Source: an uncultured Candidatus Saccharibacteria bacterium | Lineage (GTDB): Bacteria > Patescibacteriota > Saccharimonadia > Saccharimonadales > Saccharimonadaceae | Direction: 5' to 3' | Assembly (NCBI GenBank): GCA_963456285.1 | Contig: CAUOLC010000002.1 | Span: 25,867-89,866 of the forward strand | DNA length: 64,000 nucleotides | Part shown: piece after piece, positions 38,757 through 49,468 of the stretch | How the letters are laid out: every line of letters starts with the position of its first letter | Numbering within the stretch: the stretch's first letter is position 1 | Position numbers and translations under genes: made by a program | The notes under the pieces: generated by a model | The model's input: only the letters and a program-made list of their open reading frames with translations | Database searches by the model: none | What the model was told of the DNA's origin: nothing

Positions 38757-39992
38757 ATGGATCCAATACATATTACATCGGAAATCGGGAAATTAAAAGT
38801 AGTTGTCTTGCATCGGCCAGGTGAGGAGTTGGAAAATTTGACTCCGGATTATCTGACCGACCTTTTATTTGACGACATCCCATATCTTAAAAAAGCACAA
38901 GAAGAACACGACGCTTTTGCGCAAGTTTTACGTGAGCGTGGCATAGAAGTATTGTACTTGGACCAATTGGCGACAGAAGCCTTGGCGACTGATGCGTTGC
39001 GTGAGCAATTCGTCGACGACATGCTTGCTAACTCCAAGCAAGGCACTCGTCGTGTCACCGAGACCTTGCGTCAATTTTTGCTAGACTTGCCAACCCACGC
39101 CATGGTTCGCAAGTTGATGGCTGGTGTTCGTAAAGATGAAATTACCTTGCCACCAGAGCACCATCAGCAGTTACATGACATGGTCGAGAAAGATTACTAT
39201 CCATTTTATCTTGACCCGATGCCAAACCTGTATTTTACGCGTGACCCAGCTGCTGCCATCGGCCGTGGTTTGACCATCAACAAGATGCACTGGCCAGCTC
39301 GCCGCCGCGAGTCATTGTTCATGCGCTATATCATCGACCATCACCCACGGTTTGCTGGCAAAAACGTACCAGTATGGTATGACCGCCATGAGAAATATTC
39401 TATCGAAGGTGGTGACGAGTTGGTGCTGAATCGAGAAGTGATGGCGATTGGTATCAGCGAGCGTACCTCTGCTGAAGCAATTGAAAAAATGGCAACCAAG
39501 TTGTTTGCTGGCTCTAACTTCAAAAAGGTTATCGCCATGGAGATTCCAAAGTCGCATGCGTTCATGCACCTCGACACGGTGTTCACCATGATTGACCATG
39601 ATAAATTTACCATTCACCCAGAAATTCGTGACCACGGTGGTAAAATCAACTGCTTTATTTTGGAAAAAGTTGAAGGTCAGCCATTCCCACGCATCACTCG
39701 TGAAACTGATCTGGAACATGTCTTGCGAGTCGCGTTGGGCTTGCCAGCAGTGACGTTGATTGAGTGTGGTGGTGGTGACCGAATTGCTGCTGCTCGTGAG
39801 CAGTGGAATGACGGTTCAAACACCTTGGCGATTGCGCCTGGTGTGGTGGTTACCTATGACCGTAATTATGTCACTAACCAGAAATTACGCGATGCTGGTG
39901 TTGAAGTGATTGAAATCAATGGATCAGAACTTGGCCGCGGTCGCGGTGGTCCACGCTGTATGAGCATGCCAATCGTTAGGGAGGATGTGTAA
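38757..39992 (+). CDS. arcA: arginine deiminase
   Basis: [52 protein letters not shown]. Confidence 0.96.
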   Translation: MDPIHITSEIGKLKVVVLHRPGEELENLTPDYLTDLLFDDIPYLKKAQEEHDAFAQVLRERGIEVLYLDQLATEALATDALREQFVDDMLANSKQGTRRVTETLRQFLLDLPTHAMVRKLMAGVRKDEITLPPEHHQQLHDMVEKDYYPFYLDPMPNLYFTRDPAAAIGRGLTINKMHWPARRRESLFMRYIIDHHPRFAGKNVPVWYDRHEKYSIEGGDELVLNREVMAIGISERTSAEAIEKMATKLFAGSNFKKVIAMEIPKSHAFMHLDTVFTMIDHDKFTIHPEIRDHGGKINCFILEKVEGQPFPRITRETDLEHVLRVALGLPAVTLIECGGGDRIAAAREQWNDGSNTLAIAPGVVVTYDRNYVTNQKLRDAGVEVIEINGSELGRGRGGPRCMSMPIVREDV

Positions 39993-40981
39993 TGGCGTTG
40001 AGTTTGAAAGGGCGATCGTTCCTGACGCTCAATGATTATACTGCGGGAGAAATCCGCCTGTTGCTGGACACGGCACGTGAATACAAGCGCTTGAAATACG
40101 CTGGTGTACCGCACCGAATTCATGAAGGTAAAAACGTGGCGCTACTGTTTGAGAAAACCTCAACTCGCACGCGCTGTGCCTTTACGGTGGCGGCTAATGA
40201 CCTGGGTGTCGCGCCAGAATACCTCGGCAAAGATGACATTCAGCTGGGTAAAAAAGAAACCGTTGAAGACACCGCCAAGGTGCTGGGCCGCATGTTTGAT
40301 GGTATTGAATTTCGCGGGTTTGATCACGGGACAGTTGAGGAGTTGGCTCGTCATGCTGGCGTTCCAGTCTGGAACGGCCTGACCGACAAATTCCACCCGA
40401 CACAGATTCTGGCTGATTTCATGACTATCGAGGAGCATGTCGGCAAGCTCAAAGGCACCAAGCTGGTGTTCGTCGGTGATGGCCGCAATAACATGGCAAA
40501 CTCGCTAATGATTGGTTCAGCCATCATGGGTGTTGATTTCCGTATCTTGGCACCACGTGAACTACATCCCGAGCAGTCGCTGGTAGACCGGGCGCATCAC
40601 TTAGCACGATCAAGCCACGCGCGCATCACTATCACTGATAATTTTGAGGAAGCTCTGCGTGATGCTGACGTGATTTACACGGACGTTTGGGTGTCGATGG
40701 GAGAGGAAGACAAGTTCGCTGAGCGCATCAATCAATTGCGTAACTTCCAGGTTAACCGTGACATGATCAACCTGACAGGAAATCCTGAGGTTAAGTTCAT
40801 GCACTGTTTGCCGGCATTCCACGACGCATTGACTATCACTGGCAAGAAAGTTCAGGAAGATTTTGGTCTAGATTCTATGGAGGTAACGGATGAGGTGTTC
40901 CGCTCGCCGCATTCGATTGTGTTCGATCAAGCGGAAAATCGTATGCATACAATTAAAGCTGTCATGGCTTTGACATTGTAG
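39992..40981 (+). CDS. arcB: catabolic ornithine carbamoyltransferase
   Basis: [31 protein letters not shown]. Confidence 0.95.
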   Translation: MALSLKGRSFLTLNDYTAGEIRLLLDTAREYKRLKYAGVPHRIHEGKNVALLFEKTSTRTRCAFTVAANDLGVAPEYLGKDDIQLGKKETVEDTAKVLGRMFDGIEFRGFDHGTVEELARHAGVPVWNGLTDKFHPTQILADFMTIEEHVGKLKGTKLVFVGDGRNNMANSLMIGSAIMGVDFRILAPRELHPEQSLVDRAHHLARSSHARITITDNFEEALRDADVIYTDVWVSMGEEDKFAERINQLRNFQVNRDMINLTGNPEVKFMHCLPAFHDALTITGKKVQEDFGLDSMEVTDEVFRSPHSIVFDQAENRMHTIKAVMALTL

Positions 40982-41020
40982 TAGTTGTCGTAATAAGGGA
41001 GTGAAGGAGGCTCCGAGGCA

Positions 41021-42568
41021 ATGGTAGAAAAAATTAAAAAAACAAAGCAGAAGCTTCGATCACCATCGGCGTTTACGATTTTGTTTGTCGTGATTGCGAT
41101 CATGGCAGCATTGACATGGATTATTCCGTCGGGCGTCTATAAGACTGATGACGATGGTAACCGTGTTGCGGGATCGTATCATGTGGTTGAAAAAGACCGC
41201 ACCGTCACTGAAGAAAAGGACGGTAAAGAAGAGAAAGTTGACAAGCATGACCGGCAAGGCTTGTGGGACGTCTTCACGGCACCAATTAAAGGTATGTCCG
41301 ATAAGCTAGACGTTATAGTCTTCGTTATGGTACTTGGTGGATTCTTGGGCGTTACCATGAAGACTGGCGCCCTGGATGCTTCACTCGGTGCGCTACTTCG
41401 TAAGATGAAGGGCAAAGAAAAATGGCTCATTCCAATCTTAATGACGTTGTTTGCTATCGGTGGTACAACTTACGGTATGCAGGAAGAAACTGTGGCGTTT
41501 TACGCGCTAGTTATTCCGATGATGATCGCTGCCGGCTATAACGCAATGACTGGTGTGATGATCATTGTGTTGGGTGCTGGTGCTGGTGTGCTTGGTTCGA
41601 CTATTAACCCATTCTCCACCGGTGTTGCCGCAAAGACTGCTGATGTTAAATTGGGCAATGTTATTCCAATTATGTCTATCATTTTGGTGCTATGTTTGAT
41701 CGCGGCAATCATCTTTACTATGCGTTACGCAGCAAAGGTAAAAGCAGGCAAGTACAAGGAAGATGTTCGTTATAAGCCAGTCACAGCAGCCTTGGATATG
41801 ACGAACGTACCAAAATTTACTGGTCCACGAAAAGTCGTCATGGGCGTCTTCGCTATTACGTTTGTCTTGATGGTCCTTTCGCTGATTCCTTGGGGAAGTT
41901 GGGAGATCACAGTATTCACTGACCTATTTAAGTGGGCTTCAGAGTTGCCAATTATCGGTGCAGTATTTGGCGTAGTGCACAGTGCGGCCTTTGGTGACTG
42001 GTACTTTAATGAAATTACCGCATTATTTTTAATCTCAACAATTGTTATTACCGCAATTTACTATAAAGAGTTTAAGAAGGAAGGCGTTTTCCCAGTTGAC
42101 ACATTCATTGATGGTGTGAAAGATATCTTACCAGTTGCTTTGATTATTGCAGTAGCAACGGGAGTGTCTGTAGTAATGACTAACGGTGAAATCCAAGATA
42201 CTATCATTAGCTGGGGTGAAGCGTTGTTGAAAGATGCTGGCGGTGGCGTTGTTGGTGTGCTGGCGTATCTGTTCTACTTGCCAATGTCCTTCATCGTGCC
42301 GTCATCATCAGGTTTGGCAGCAGCAACTATGCCAGTTATTGCGCCGATTGCCGATCTGGTTGGCTCAAGCAAAGAAGTCATGGTGGCAGCCTTTGCTACA
42401 GCATCAGGTTTGCTTAACATGATGGCACCAACCATCGCTTCCTTGATGGGTGGTTTGGCACTGGCTGGTGTCTCATACCGCGCATGGCTGCGACGTTCAG
42501 CACCAATCATGGCAGTTTTCGCAATCATCAGCGTTGTGGTCATCGCTGCCTTTGGAGTATTAGGATAG
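41021..42568 (+). CDS. arcD: YfcC-family arginine/ornithine antiporter
   Basis: 515-aa polytopic membrane protein, GGTTYGMQEE, PSSSGLA; located inside the arc operon. Confidence 0.8.
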   Translation: MVEKIKKTKQKLRSPSAFTILFVVIAIMAALTWIIPSGVYKTDDDGNRVAGSYHVVEKDRTVTEEKDGKEEKVDKHDRQGLWDVFTAPIKGMSDKLDVIVFVMVLGGFLGVTMKTGALDASLGALLRKMKGKEKWLIPILMTLFAIGGTTYGMQEETVAFYALVIPMMIAAGYNAMTGVMIIVLGAGAGVLGSTINPFSTGVAAKTADVKLGNVIPIMSIILVLCLIAAIIFTMRYAAKVKAGKYKEDVRYKPVTAALDMTNVPKFTGPRKVVMGVFAITFVLMVLSLIPWGSWEITVFTDLFKWASELPIIGAVFGVVHSAAFGDWYFNEITALFLISTIVITAIYYKEFKKEGVFPVDTFIDGVKDILPVALIIAVATGVSVVMTNGEIQDTIISWGEALLKDAGGGVVGVLAYLFYLPMSFIVPSSSGLAAATMPVIAPIADLVGSSKEVMVAAFATASGLLNMMAPTIASLMGGLALAGVSYRAWLRRSAPIMAVFAIISVVVIAAFGVLG

Positions 42569-42571
42569 CCT

Positions 42572-43525
42572 ATGGATAAGCAGCGAACTATTGTCGTTGC
42601 TCTTGGAGGTAACGCCCTGCAGAAGCAGGGCGAAGCCTCTTCAGAAGCACAGCGCCGAGTAGCGGCCGAGACGATACGGCAGTTATTACCACTTGTTCAA
42701 GCAGGACACAGAATAGCTATCGTTCATGGCAACGGTCCCCAGGTGGGAAACATTGTCTTGCATGAAGAGGCTGTTAATACTGATGATGTACCGAGCTTAC
42801 CACTGGATGATTGTGGGGCTATGAGTCAAGGTCTGATCGGCTTTTGGTTGCAGCAAGCCTTTCAAGACAGCTTCAGGGCTCATCAGATGACTGACAAACA
42901 TGCCGTCAGTTTAGTGACGCAGACCATTGTCTCTAGGGATGATGCAGCGTTCCAAAACCCAACCAAACCAATTGGCCCCTTCTATTCAGAAGAAGAAGCC
43001 AAAGTAGTGCAGGCTGAGCGTGGCTATGTTGTTAAGGAAGACGCTGGTCGTGGTTGGCGTCGTGTGGTGCCATCACCAAAACCAGTAGAAATTGTTGAGG
43101 CACCGATCATCAAAGCCTTGGTTGAAGCGGGTGTTCTGGTGGTGTCAACTGGTGGTGGCGGTATCCCTGTGTTGCGCCAGGAAGACGGCACGCTCACGGG
43201 TGTTGAAGCAGTTATCGATAAAGACTTTGGGGCGGCAACCTTGGCTAATTTGCTGCATGCAGATACACTGCTCATCTTGACTTCGGTTGATGCAGCCAAG
43301 GTCAATTTCAACCAGCCAAATGAAGAAGCTTTGGGGCAAATCTCTGCAGAAGAGATGCAAAAACACATTGACGACGGTCAGTTTGCAGCTGGATCCATGC
43401 TGCCAAAGGCGCAAGCAGCCTTACAATTTGTGTCAGGTGGCGATGGTCGTACCGCAGTCATTACCTCATTGGAAAAGACCACCGAGGCTATCGACGGGAC
43501 AGCGGGCACGCGGATTGTTTCATAG
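42572..43525 (+). CDS. arcC: carbamate kinase
   Basis: VALGGNAL, HGNGPQVG, PTKPIGPF, RRVVPSP, EAVIDKD, GSMLPK. Confidence 0.95.
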   Translation: MDKQRTIVVALGGNALQKQGEASSEAQRRVAAETIRQLLPLVQAGHRIAIVHGNGPQVGNIVLHEEAVNTDDVPSLPLDDCGAMSQGLIGFWLQQAFQDSFRAHQMTDKHAVSLVTQTIVSRDDAAFQNPTKPIGPFYSEEEAKVVQAERGYVVKEDAGRGWRRVVPSPKPVEIVEAPIIKALVEAGVLVVSTGGGGIPVLRQEDGTLTGVEAVIDKDFGAATLANLLHADTLLILTSVDAAKVNFNQPNEEALGQISAEEMQKHIDDGQFAAGSMLPKAQAALQFVSGGDGRTAVITSLEKTTEAIDGTAGTRIVS

Positions 43526-43570
43526 CCAAGCCATTGCTTTTATCTAATTTTCATGATATAAATAACAGGT

Positions 43571-44482
43571 ATGTTGCAGTATCTTAAATCTGACGATTCT
43601 GGCAAGCTTACCATCAGAGAGAACTTAGTTAAGGGCTCTTGGATTCGTTGTGAGCGGCCAAATGAAGAGGAGATTTCCCAGTTGTTGTCACTGGGGATTG
43701 ATGCTGATATCATCACCGACGCACTGGACCCCCACGAGGTTCCTCGTTTGGACGCGGACAATGAGCGGACATATTTGATTGCCCGATTGCCGGATACTGA
43801 CGATGATTTTAATGACTTTACTACACCAATTTTGTTTGTGATTCATGCGGATTATATCATCACCATTTCGCGAGACAGTCTAGGTAGATTGTGGCAGCCG
43901 TTCATTGATAAACATGTGGTATCCACGTCAAGTCGAATTGCCCTGCTGGTTGACATGATTGACGCACTAGCAACACAATATCAGCGCCGGGTGGCTGCCA
44001 TCAACCGTCAAATGCGGGCGGCGACTGGCGACATTCGAACATTGCGAGCGCGCGATATTGCCACATTAGCTGAATATGAGCGCAAACTGAATGATTATAT
44101 GGACGCCTTGGTGCCGATGAATTTATCGGTGGAGCGGATGATTGCTCACAAAGCGTTGATGCTTCGGTCGGATGCCAAAGAGGATGTTGAAGATATTTCC
44201 ATTGATCTGGAGCAGGTGATTAGTCGCTGTAAATCATTGCTGCGTACCATCACCAACGTGCGCGATAGCTACCGGGCAGTGATGGATACGCGCCTGAACG
44301 AAACCATTCGGTTGCTGACCGTCATCACATTGGCGCTCACCATACCGACCATGATCGCTGGATTGTTTGGTATGAATGTGCCAGTTCCTGGTGGGGATGA
44401 CCCGGCAATGTTTTGGAAGATCACCGGCGTCAGCGCTGTGGCGGCATTGTTGATTGGCTATTATTTCTTGCGCCGCCGCTAG
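43571..44482 (+). CDS. corA: CorA-family divalent cation transporter
   Basis: C-terminal PTMIAGLFGMNV with two TM helices. Confidence 0.87.
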   Translation: MLQYLKSDDSGKLTIRENLVKGSWIRCERPNEEEISQLLSLGIDADIITDALDPHEVPRLDADNERTYLIARLPDTDDDFNDFTTPILFVIHADYIITISRDSLGRLWQPFIDKHVVSTSSRIALLVDMIDALATQYQRRVAAINRQMRAATGDIRTLRARDIATLAEYERKLNDYMDALVPMNLSVERMIAHKALMLRSDAKEDVEDISIDLEQVISRCKSLLRTITNVRDSYRAVMDTRLNETIRLLTVITLALTIPTMIAGLFGMNVPVPGGDDPAMFWKITGVSAVAALLIGYYFLRRR

Positions 44483-44534
44483 CGGTACACAGAACCAAAT
44501 AACCCTATTTCTTGACTAATGCTATACTAGAAGT

Positions 44535-45290
44535 ATGAGTAACATTATTGACGTCCACGGTTTGACCAAACGCTACGGCGATCAAACAGTGGTAAAAGGC
44601 ATAGATTTCAGTGTCGAAAAGGGCGAAATATTCGGTATTTTGGGTCCCAATGGCGCTGGTAAAACAACAACGCTAGAAATGCTGGAGGCATTGCGCACTA
44701 TCGACGGTGGTACAGCTGTTATTGATGGTATTGACGTAGCTAAACATCCCAAGAAGATCAAAGACATCATTGGTATTCAGCTGCAGTCGACCAACTTTTA
44801 TGATCACTTGACATTAACTGAGCAATTGAAAATGTTTGCCAGTTTGTATGGCAGTAAAGTTGACGTGGCTGCGCTACTAGCTAAAGTCCAACTCACAGAA
44901 AAAGCTAGAAACTATGTCGAACAGTTGTCTGGCGGACAAAAACAGCGCTTCGCCATCGCTTCGACCTTGGTCAATAGTCCAAAAGTTTTGTTTCTGGACG
45001 AGCCAACCACTGGTTTGGATCCACAAGCGCGTCGCAACTTATGGGAGCTGATCAAGCAAATACGCGAAGAGGGTGTCACTATCGTGTTAACGACACACTA
45101 CATGGATGAGGCTGAATTGCTATGTGATCGGTTGGCAATCATGGATAATGGTCAAATCATCACTACAGATTCGCCACACAACTTGATTCAACAGTTACTC
45201 AAACGTGGCTTTAAGAAAAAGCAGGTGGTTGAACAGGCAAATTTGGAAGACGTTTTCATCGATCTTACAGGAAAGGCGATACGGGATTAG
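44535..45290 (+). CDS. ABC-2 type exporter ATP-binding protein
   Basis: GPNGAGKTT, LSGGQKQR, LDEPTTGLDP, TTHYMDEAE. Confidence 0.92.
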   Translation: MSNIIDVHGLTKRYGDQTVVKGIDFSVEKGEIFGILGPNGAGKTTTLEMLEALRTIDGGTAVIDGIDVAKHPKKIKDIIGIQLQSTNFYDHLTLTEQLKMFASLYGSKVDVAALLAKVQLTEKARNYVEQLSGGQKQRFAIASTLVNSPKVLFLDEPTTGLDPQARRNLWELIKQIREEGVTIVLTTHYMDEAELLCDRLAIMDNGQIITTDSPHNLIQQLLKRGFKKKQVVEQANLEDVFIDLTGKAIRD

Positions 45291-45294
45291 TAGT

Positions 45295-46410
45295 ATGAAA
45301 AAATATTGGATAGGTATCATTGGTCAGGTCGTAGCTGGCCTTAAGCGTTTGCTGCGCGACAAGATGGCATTGTTCTTCACCTTTTTGTTCCCGCTGATTT
45401 TCTTGTTTGTGTTTGGTTCGATTTTTAACAATCAGACGACTAACTTCAAGGTTGCCATCATCAATCATTCAAACACCGAGTTCGCCAAGCAATTTGTCGA
45501 TGGTGCAAAAAATGACAAGTCAAAACTGCTGCAAGTTCAGGACGTGAAAGACATCGATGAAGCTAAAGAAAAGATGAAGCGTTCGGAAATTGACGGTATC
45601 ATTGAACTACCAAAAGAGTTTGGTGAAGTCAAAGGTGAAGGCGCACAAGCCCGACCGTCTGGTACATTGAACGTGCTACACGCTAAAGGGCAAGATCAGG
45701 CTGCTAGTGCACTGACTGCTGTGATGGGTCAGATTGTTGGTAGTATCAACAAAGCTATGGGTCAGCCAGAACCGCCGTTTAAGGTAGCTTCACAGGCGGT
45801 TGGCGATGAAGCTCTGAAGACGTTTGATTACACCTTCACTGGACTATTGGCATTTAGTTTGATGAGCATGGGTATCTTTGGTCTAGCAAACCAAATGCCA
45901 ACCGAAAAGCAAAAAGGTAACTATCGTCGCTTGCGGGCTGCACCGTTTACTTCTGGTCAGCTCATTATTTCTACGGCTATCGTCTACACCTTGGTGTCTT
46001 TGGCAAGTGCTGCCTTGATGCTGGTTGTCAGTATGCTACTGTTTAAATTTACGATGCGTGGCGACTGGTTGTTGTTTGTGCCATTCTTGACATTGGCTGC
46101 CGTGATGATGGTTGGACTTGGATTGATCGTTGGTGCGTGGGCTAAAAACGAAAATCAGTCAGCGCCACTCTCAAATCTCATCTCTTTCCCGATGATGTTC
46201 TTATCTGGCGCCTTCTTTCCGTCATTCTTGTTCCCAGAGTGGCTCAGATCTATTAGTCAATGTATCCCGATGACTCCCGTCGTTGATGGCCTTCGATTGA
46301 TATCAACAGAACATGCGAGCCTGACAGAAGTTCTGCCGCAGTTTGGTGGAGTTTTGCTGTGTATCGTCATCGTCTACGCCTTGGCTATTAAACTATTCCG
46401 CTGGGAATAA
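45295..46410 (+). CDS. ABC-2 type exporter permease
   Basis: N-terminal TM, extracellular domain, 5 C-terminal TMs, FLSGAFFP...P.WL. Confidence 0.88.
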   Translation: MKKYWIGIIGQVVAGLKRLLRDKMALFFTFLFPLIFLFVFGSIFNNQTTNFKVAIINHSNTEFAKQFVDGAKNDKSKLLQVQDVKDIDEAKEKMKRSEIDGIIELPKEFGEVKGEGAQARPSGTLNVLHAKGQDQAASALTAVMGQIVGSINKAMGQPEPPFKVASQAVGDEALKTFDYTFTGLLAFSLMSMGIFGLANQMPTEKQKGNYRRLRAAPFTSGQLIISTAIVYTLVSLASAALMLVVSMLLFKFTMRGDWLLFVPFLTLAAVMMVGLGLIVGAWAKNENQSAPLSNLISFPMMFLSGAFFPSFLFPEWLRSISQCIPMTPVVDGLRLISTEHASLTEVLPQFGGVLLCIVIVYALAIKLFRWE

Positions 46411-46457
46411 CTACTGAGAGTAGCAAAACATAACCTTTTTTCGTATAATCAAAGTAT

Positions 46458-47381
46458 ATGGTGGTGGAATACTTTGAACGATCAGCGGCAGGTGAGCGTT
46501 TAGAAAAAGTCAGTCGTCCTCGTTCTCATGCGTGGGTGCACATATCTGGCAGGCTATTGGACGTGGCTGACCTGTCAGATAAACTCTTATTGAATGCAAA
46601 TATACTGCGTGACGTTTGTGATGTCCGTGAGTTGTCACGAACAGAGTTTAGTAATGGCGTAGAATATATCTTTTTACGTTTGCCAGTTGGTGCGGCTGAT
46701 GCTGCCAAAACTGCTCCGATATTGATTGCGGTGTCGCGTGATCGGCTGGTAACCGCCAGTCCGCACACTTCTTTTTCACCGTTAGACACTGATGCCTTCA
46801 TGACTACTGACACGCGCCAGCCTTCTGCGGTGGTGTCTGCTGTCATCGCCTCCATCATTACTGAATACGAGCAGCGGCTCCATGCGCTGTCGACCAAAAT
46901 TACCAGCGCTCGCAAGCGGCTCACGCACTTTGATGTTCAAAATGAGGACTTTGTTGAATTTGTTGCCATTGAGGACAGCCTCAATGAATATCGGAGTGGC
47001 TTGGAGGGGCTAGTAACGGTTGTCGGTCAATTGGAAATGAATCGTCGTCAATTGTTCAATCTGCGTGATATTGAAGCCTTTGGCGATATCATACTGCACG
47101 CTCGCCAGTTGTTGGTGGCTATTAGCTCAAGCGCCCAAACGATTGACAGTATCCAGAACGCCTATTCGACCATTGCCAACAACACCCTGAATCAGCGCAT
47201 GAAAGTGTTGACGACTATCACCATCTTACTGGCGGTGCCAAACGTCTTCTACGGCATGTATGGCATGAACATTGGGTTGCCGTTCCAAGGTGAGCAGTGG
47301 GCTTACATTGCCATCATGGGGGTTACACTGTTGTTAATTTTACTAACACTACTACTTGCCAAGCGATTCCGCTTATTCTAA
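46458..47381 (+). CDS. corA: CorA-family divalent cation transporter (second paralog)
   Basis: LNQRMKVLT...FYGMYGMNI.LP motif. Confidence 0.87.
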   Translation: MVVEYFERSAAGERLEKVSRPRSHAWVHISGRLLDVADLSDKLLLNANILRDVCDVRELSRTEFSNGVEYIFLRLPVGAADAAKTAPILIAVSRDRLVTASPHTSFSPLDTDAFMTTDTRQPSAVVSAVIASIITEYEQRLHALSTKITSARKRLTHFDVQNEDFVEFVAIEDSLNEYRSGLEGLVTVVGQLEMNRRQLFNLRDIEAFGDIILHARQLLVAISSSAQTIDSIQNAYSTIANNTLNQRMKVLTTITILLAVPNVFYGMYGMNIGLPFQGEQWAYIAIMGVTLLLILLTLLLAKRFRLF

Positions 47382-47410
47382 AATTAAACTAATAAGTAGG
47401 GAGTAAGCAC

Positions 47411-47439
47411 TTGACGTGCTATATTTCCTTTGGTACTAT
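47411..47439 (+). promoter_or_regulatory. sigma70-type promoter for an intergenic transcript
   Basis: TTGACG-N17-TACTAT with TG extended -10. Confidence 0.65.
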
Positions 47440-47532
47440 GGTTGACGTGTCTCGCGCCGAAGCATTGAGTTGCGGTTTGTAATAAAGGTCGAAGCGCGTG
47501 AGGCTGCATTTAGTACGAAGGAGTACAAATAC

Positions 47533-47625
47533 ATGCCGATAGCAATCAATTTTGTGTCATCACGACGCAAAAAGATCGCAGTGGATGTAGTGCCTGCCGA
47601 ATGGCAAACATACATAGCACAATAA
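47533..47625 (+). CDS. 30-aa small ORF MPIAINFVSSRRKKIAVDVVPAEWQTYIAQ
   Basis: AAGGAG SD upstream, own promoter and terminator. Confidence 0.5.
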   Translation: MPIAINFVSSRRKKIAVDVVPAEWQTYIAQ

Positions 47626-47629
47626 CATA

Positions 47630-47668
47630 TCTAAAACCGCCCGAGCGCTAAACCCGGGCGGTTTTAGA
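47630..47668. terminator. bidirectional intrinsic terminator
   Basis: TCTAAAACCGCCCG-loop-CGGGCGGTTTTAGA perfect inverted repeat. Confidence 0.85.
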
Positions 47669-47683
47669 TTGATTTACGGTAAT

Positions 47684-48379
47684 CTACTCAGCCTTCTTTT
47701 CCTCAGTAGAAACACCTGCTGCTTTGAGCGCGTTCTCTACCTCAGCGTCAATACTGTTGAGGTCTTCTACCTTTTTGCCATTGATGAATATGGTTGGTGT
47801 AGCAGTAATTTCGTGTGCACGGCTAACGGCAGTGTCAAAACTAATTTTTTGCAATACGCGGTCGCTTGTTAGGTCATTGGCAAAGCGTGATTCATCGAGT
47901 TTGAGCTGCTTGGCGTAGTCCATGAAGATATCGTTGCGTTTGTGATTTTGGGCATTGCTCCACGCGTCTTGGTTTTCGTACAGCAAATCGTGCATTTCCC
48001 AGTATTTACCTTGCAAGCCTGCCGCCTCAGCTACTGACGCTGCTAGGCGAGCGTGAGTGTGACCAGACAGTGGGAAGTTGCGGAAGATCAATTGCACATT
48101 ATCTTTGTGCTTTTCGACAGCTGATTTAATACGTGGTGCAACAGTGCGACAACCCGGGCATTGATAATCACCGTATTCAATGATCGTAACTTTCGGCTTG
48201 TCAGCCCCAAATGTGTGCTCCTGAATGTCACCATTACGCTTTTCAGCAGGGATGATTTTTGTGAGTTGATCTTTGGCGATATCGCTAATATCTAAGCGGT
48301 GTGTTACTGACAGGTATACCATGCCACCAAGTATCGTCACCACGATTGCGATAAATACGCCCCAGGTTTTTCCGTTCAT
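47684..48379 (-). CDS. membrane-anchored DsbA-family protein
   Basis: N-terminal TM, EYGDYQCPGC, FRNFPL, ITATPT; GGAGG SD before ATG 48379. Confidence 0.88.
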   Translation of the reverse strand: MNGKTWGVFIAIVVTILGGMVYLSVTHRLDISDIAKDQLTKIIPAEKRNGDIQEHTFGADKPKVTIIEYGDYQCPGCRTVAPRIKSAVEKHKDNVQLIFRNFPLSGHTHARLAASVAEAAGLQGKYWEMHDLLYENQDAWSNAQNHKRNDIFMDYAKQLKLDESRFANDLTSDRVLQKISFDTAVSRAHEITATPTIFINGKKVEDLNSIDAEVENALKAAGVSTEEKKAE

Positions 48380-48436
48380 TCTTGTCCTCCAAATTAACTC
48401 TAGCAATAATAGCATAAAATCAGGTAAAATAAAACC

Positions 48437-49468
48437 ATGAGTGTATTGCTGTTAAGTGTTATATATGGATTGATTATCGTCATTTTGATATTGGTACTAG
48501 GGGTGCATCCACAGCTCTCGTCACATAGCCAATTTGAATTGAAACGTCGGGCGCACCAGGGTGACGAGGAAGCAAAATTACTACTGAAACGCCGCACCTA
48601 CTTGGCTGATTTATTTTCGTTGCAGCGGGTGGTCACGGCATTATTATTGGTGTCGCTCAGTGTCATCGGTGTGGAGTTGTTTCACTGGCTAGTTGGTTTT
48701 TTGGTGTCGTTAGTCATCGCGCTTTATTCGGGCGCCGTGGCTCGCTTGTCGCCGCTACAAAAATTTTCACAGCGCATCTATGAACGGTATGAAGGAGCAA
48801 TCATTCGCTGCATTGAAAAGTATTCAGTTGTATTTTGGGCGATCCGTTCTGTTGTGCCATCGCAAAGTAGTGAATTGGACGTTGAATCGCGTGAGGAGCT
48901 GCTTGAGATAGTCAAGAACGCTGGCGATGCATTGTCCAAGGACGAAAAAAAGCTTATCACCAACAGTCTCAAGTTCAAGGACATGAAAGTCACTGACGCC
49001 ATGATTCCACGTACTATGATTGATAGCATAGGTAAAGATGAAGTACTAGGTCCCATCGTTCTGGATGGGCTGTATCAAACAGGGCACAGTCGTTTTCCGG
49101 TGATTGATGGGGATATTGATCATGTTGTGGGTATGCTGTATGTGCAAGATTTGGTGACCATCGGTAATGCCAAAAAGTCGCAAAAAGCGCACCACGTTAC
49201 TGATGCCATGGAGCACGCTGTGTTTTACATTCGAGAAGACCAATCGTTGCAGCAAGCTTTGGCTGCCTTCATCAAAACCAGACACCATCTATTCATCGTG
49301 ATCAACCAGTACCGTGAAACAGTTGGACTGTTAAGCCTGGAAGATGCTTTGGAAGCGCTTTTAGGAAAGAAAATCAATGATGAATTTGATACCCATGAAG
49401 ATCTGCGTAAGGTAGCCGAGCACAATCCACGTGGCAATAATAGCCCAAAAACTACCGAAACTATCTAA
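48437..49468 (+). CDS. CNNM/CorC-like membrane protein with tandem CBS domains
   Basis: N-terminal TMs, AMIPR, GHSRFPV, GLLSLEDALE..LG..INDEFD. Confidence 0.82.
   Translation: MSVLLLSVIYGLIIVILILVLGVHPQLSSHSQFELKRRAHQGDEEAKLLLKRRTYLADLFSLQRVVTALLLVSLSVIGVELFHWLVGFLVSLVIALYSGAVARLSPLQKFSQRIYERYEGAIIRCIEKYSVVFWAIRSVVPSQSSELDVESREELLEIVKNAGDALSKDEKKLITNSLKFKDMKVTDAMIPRTMIDSIGKDEVLGPIVLDGLYQTGHSRFPVIDGDIDHVVGMLYVQDLVTIGNAKKSQKAHHVTDAMEHAVFYIREDQSLQQALAAFIKTRHHLFIVINQYRETVGLLSLEDALEALLGKKINDEFDTHEDLRKVAEHNPRGNNSPKTTETI

Noticed and set aside
47394..47410. yybP-ykoY (Mn) riboswitch suggested by AGGGAGTAAGC
   Set aside because: Lies upstream of the predicted promoter and the rest of the consensus is not evident; it also follows rather than precedes the transporter gene
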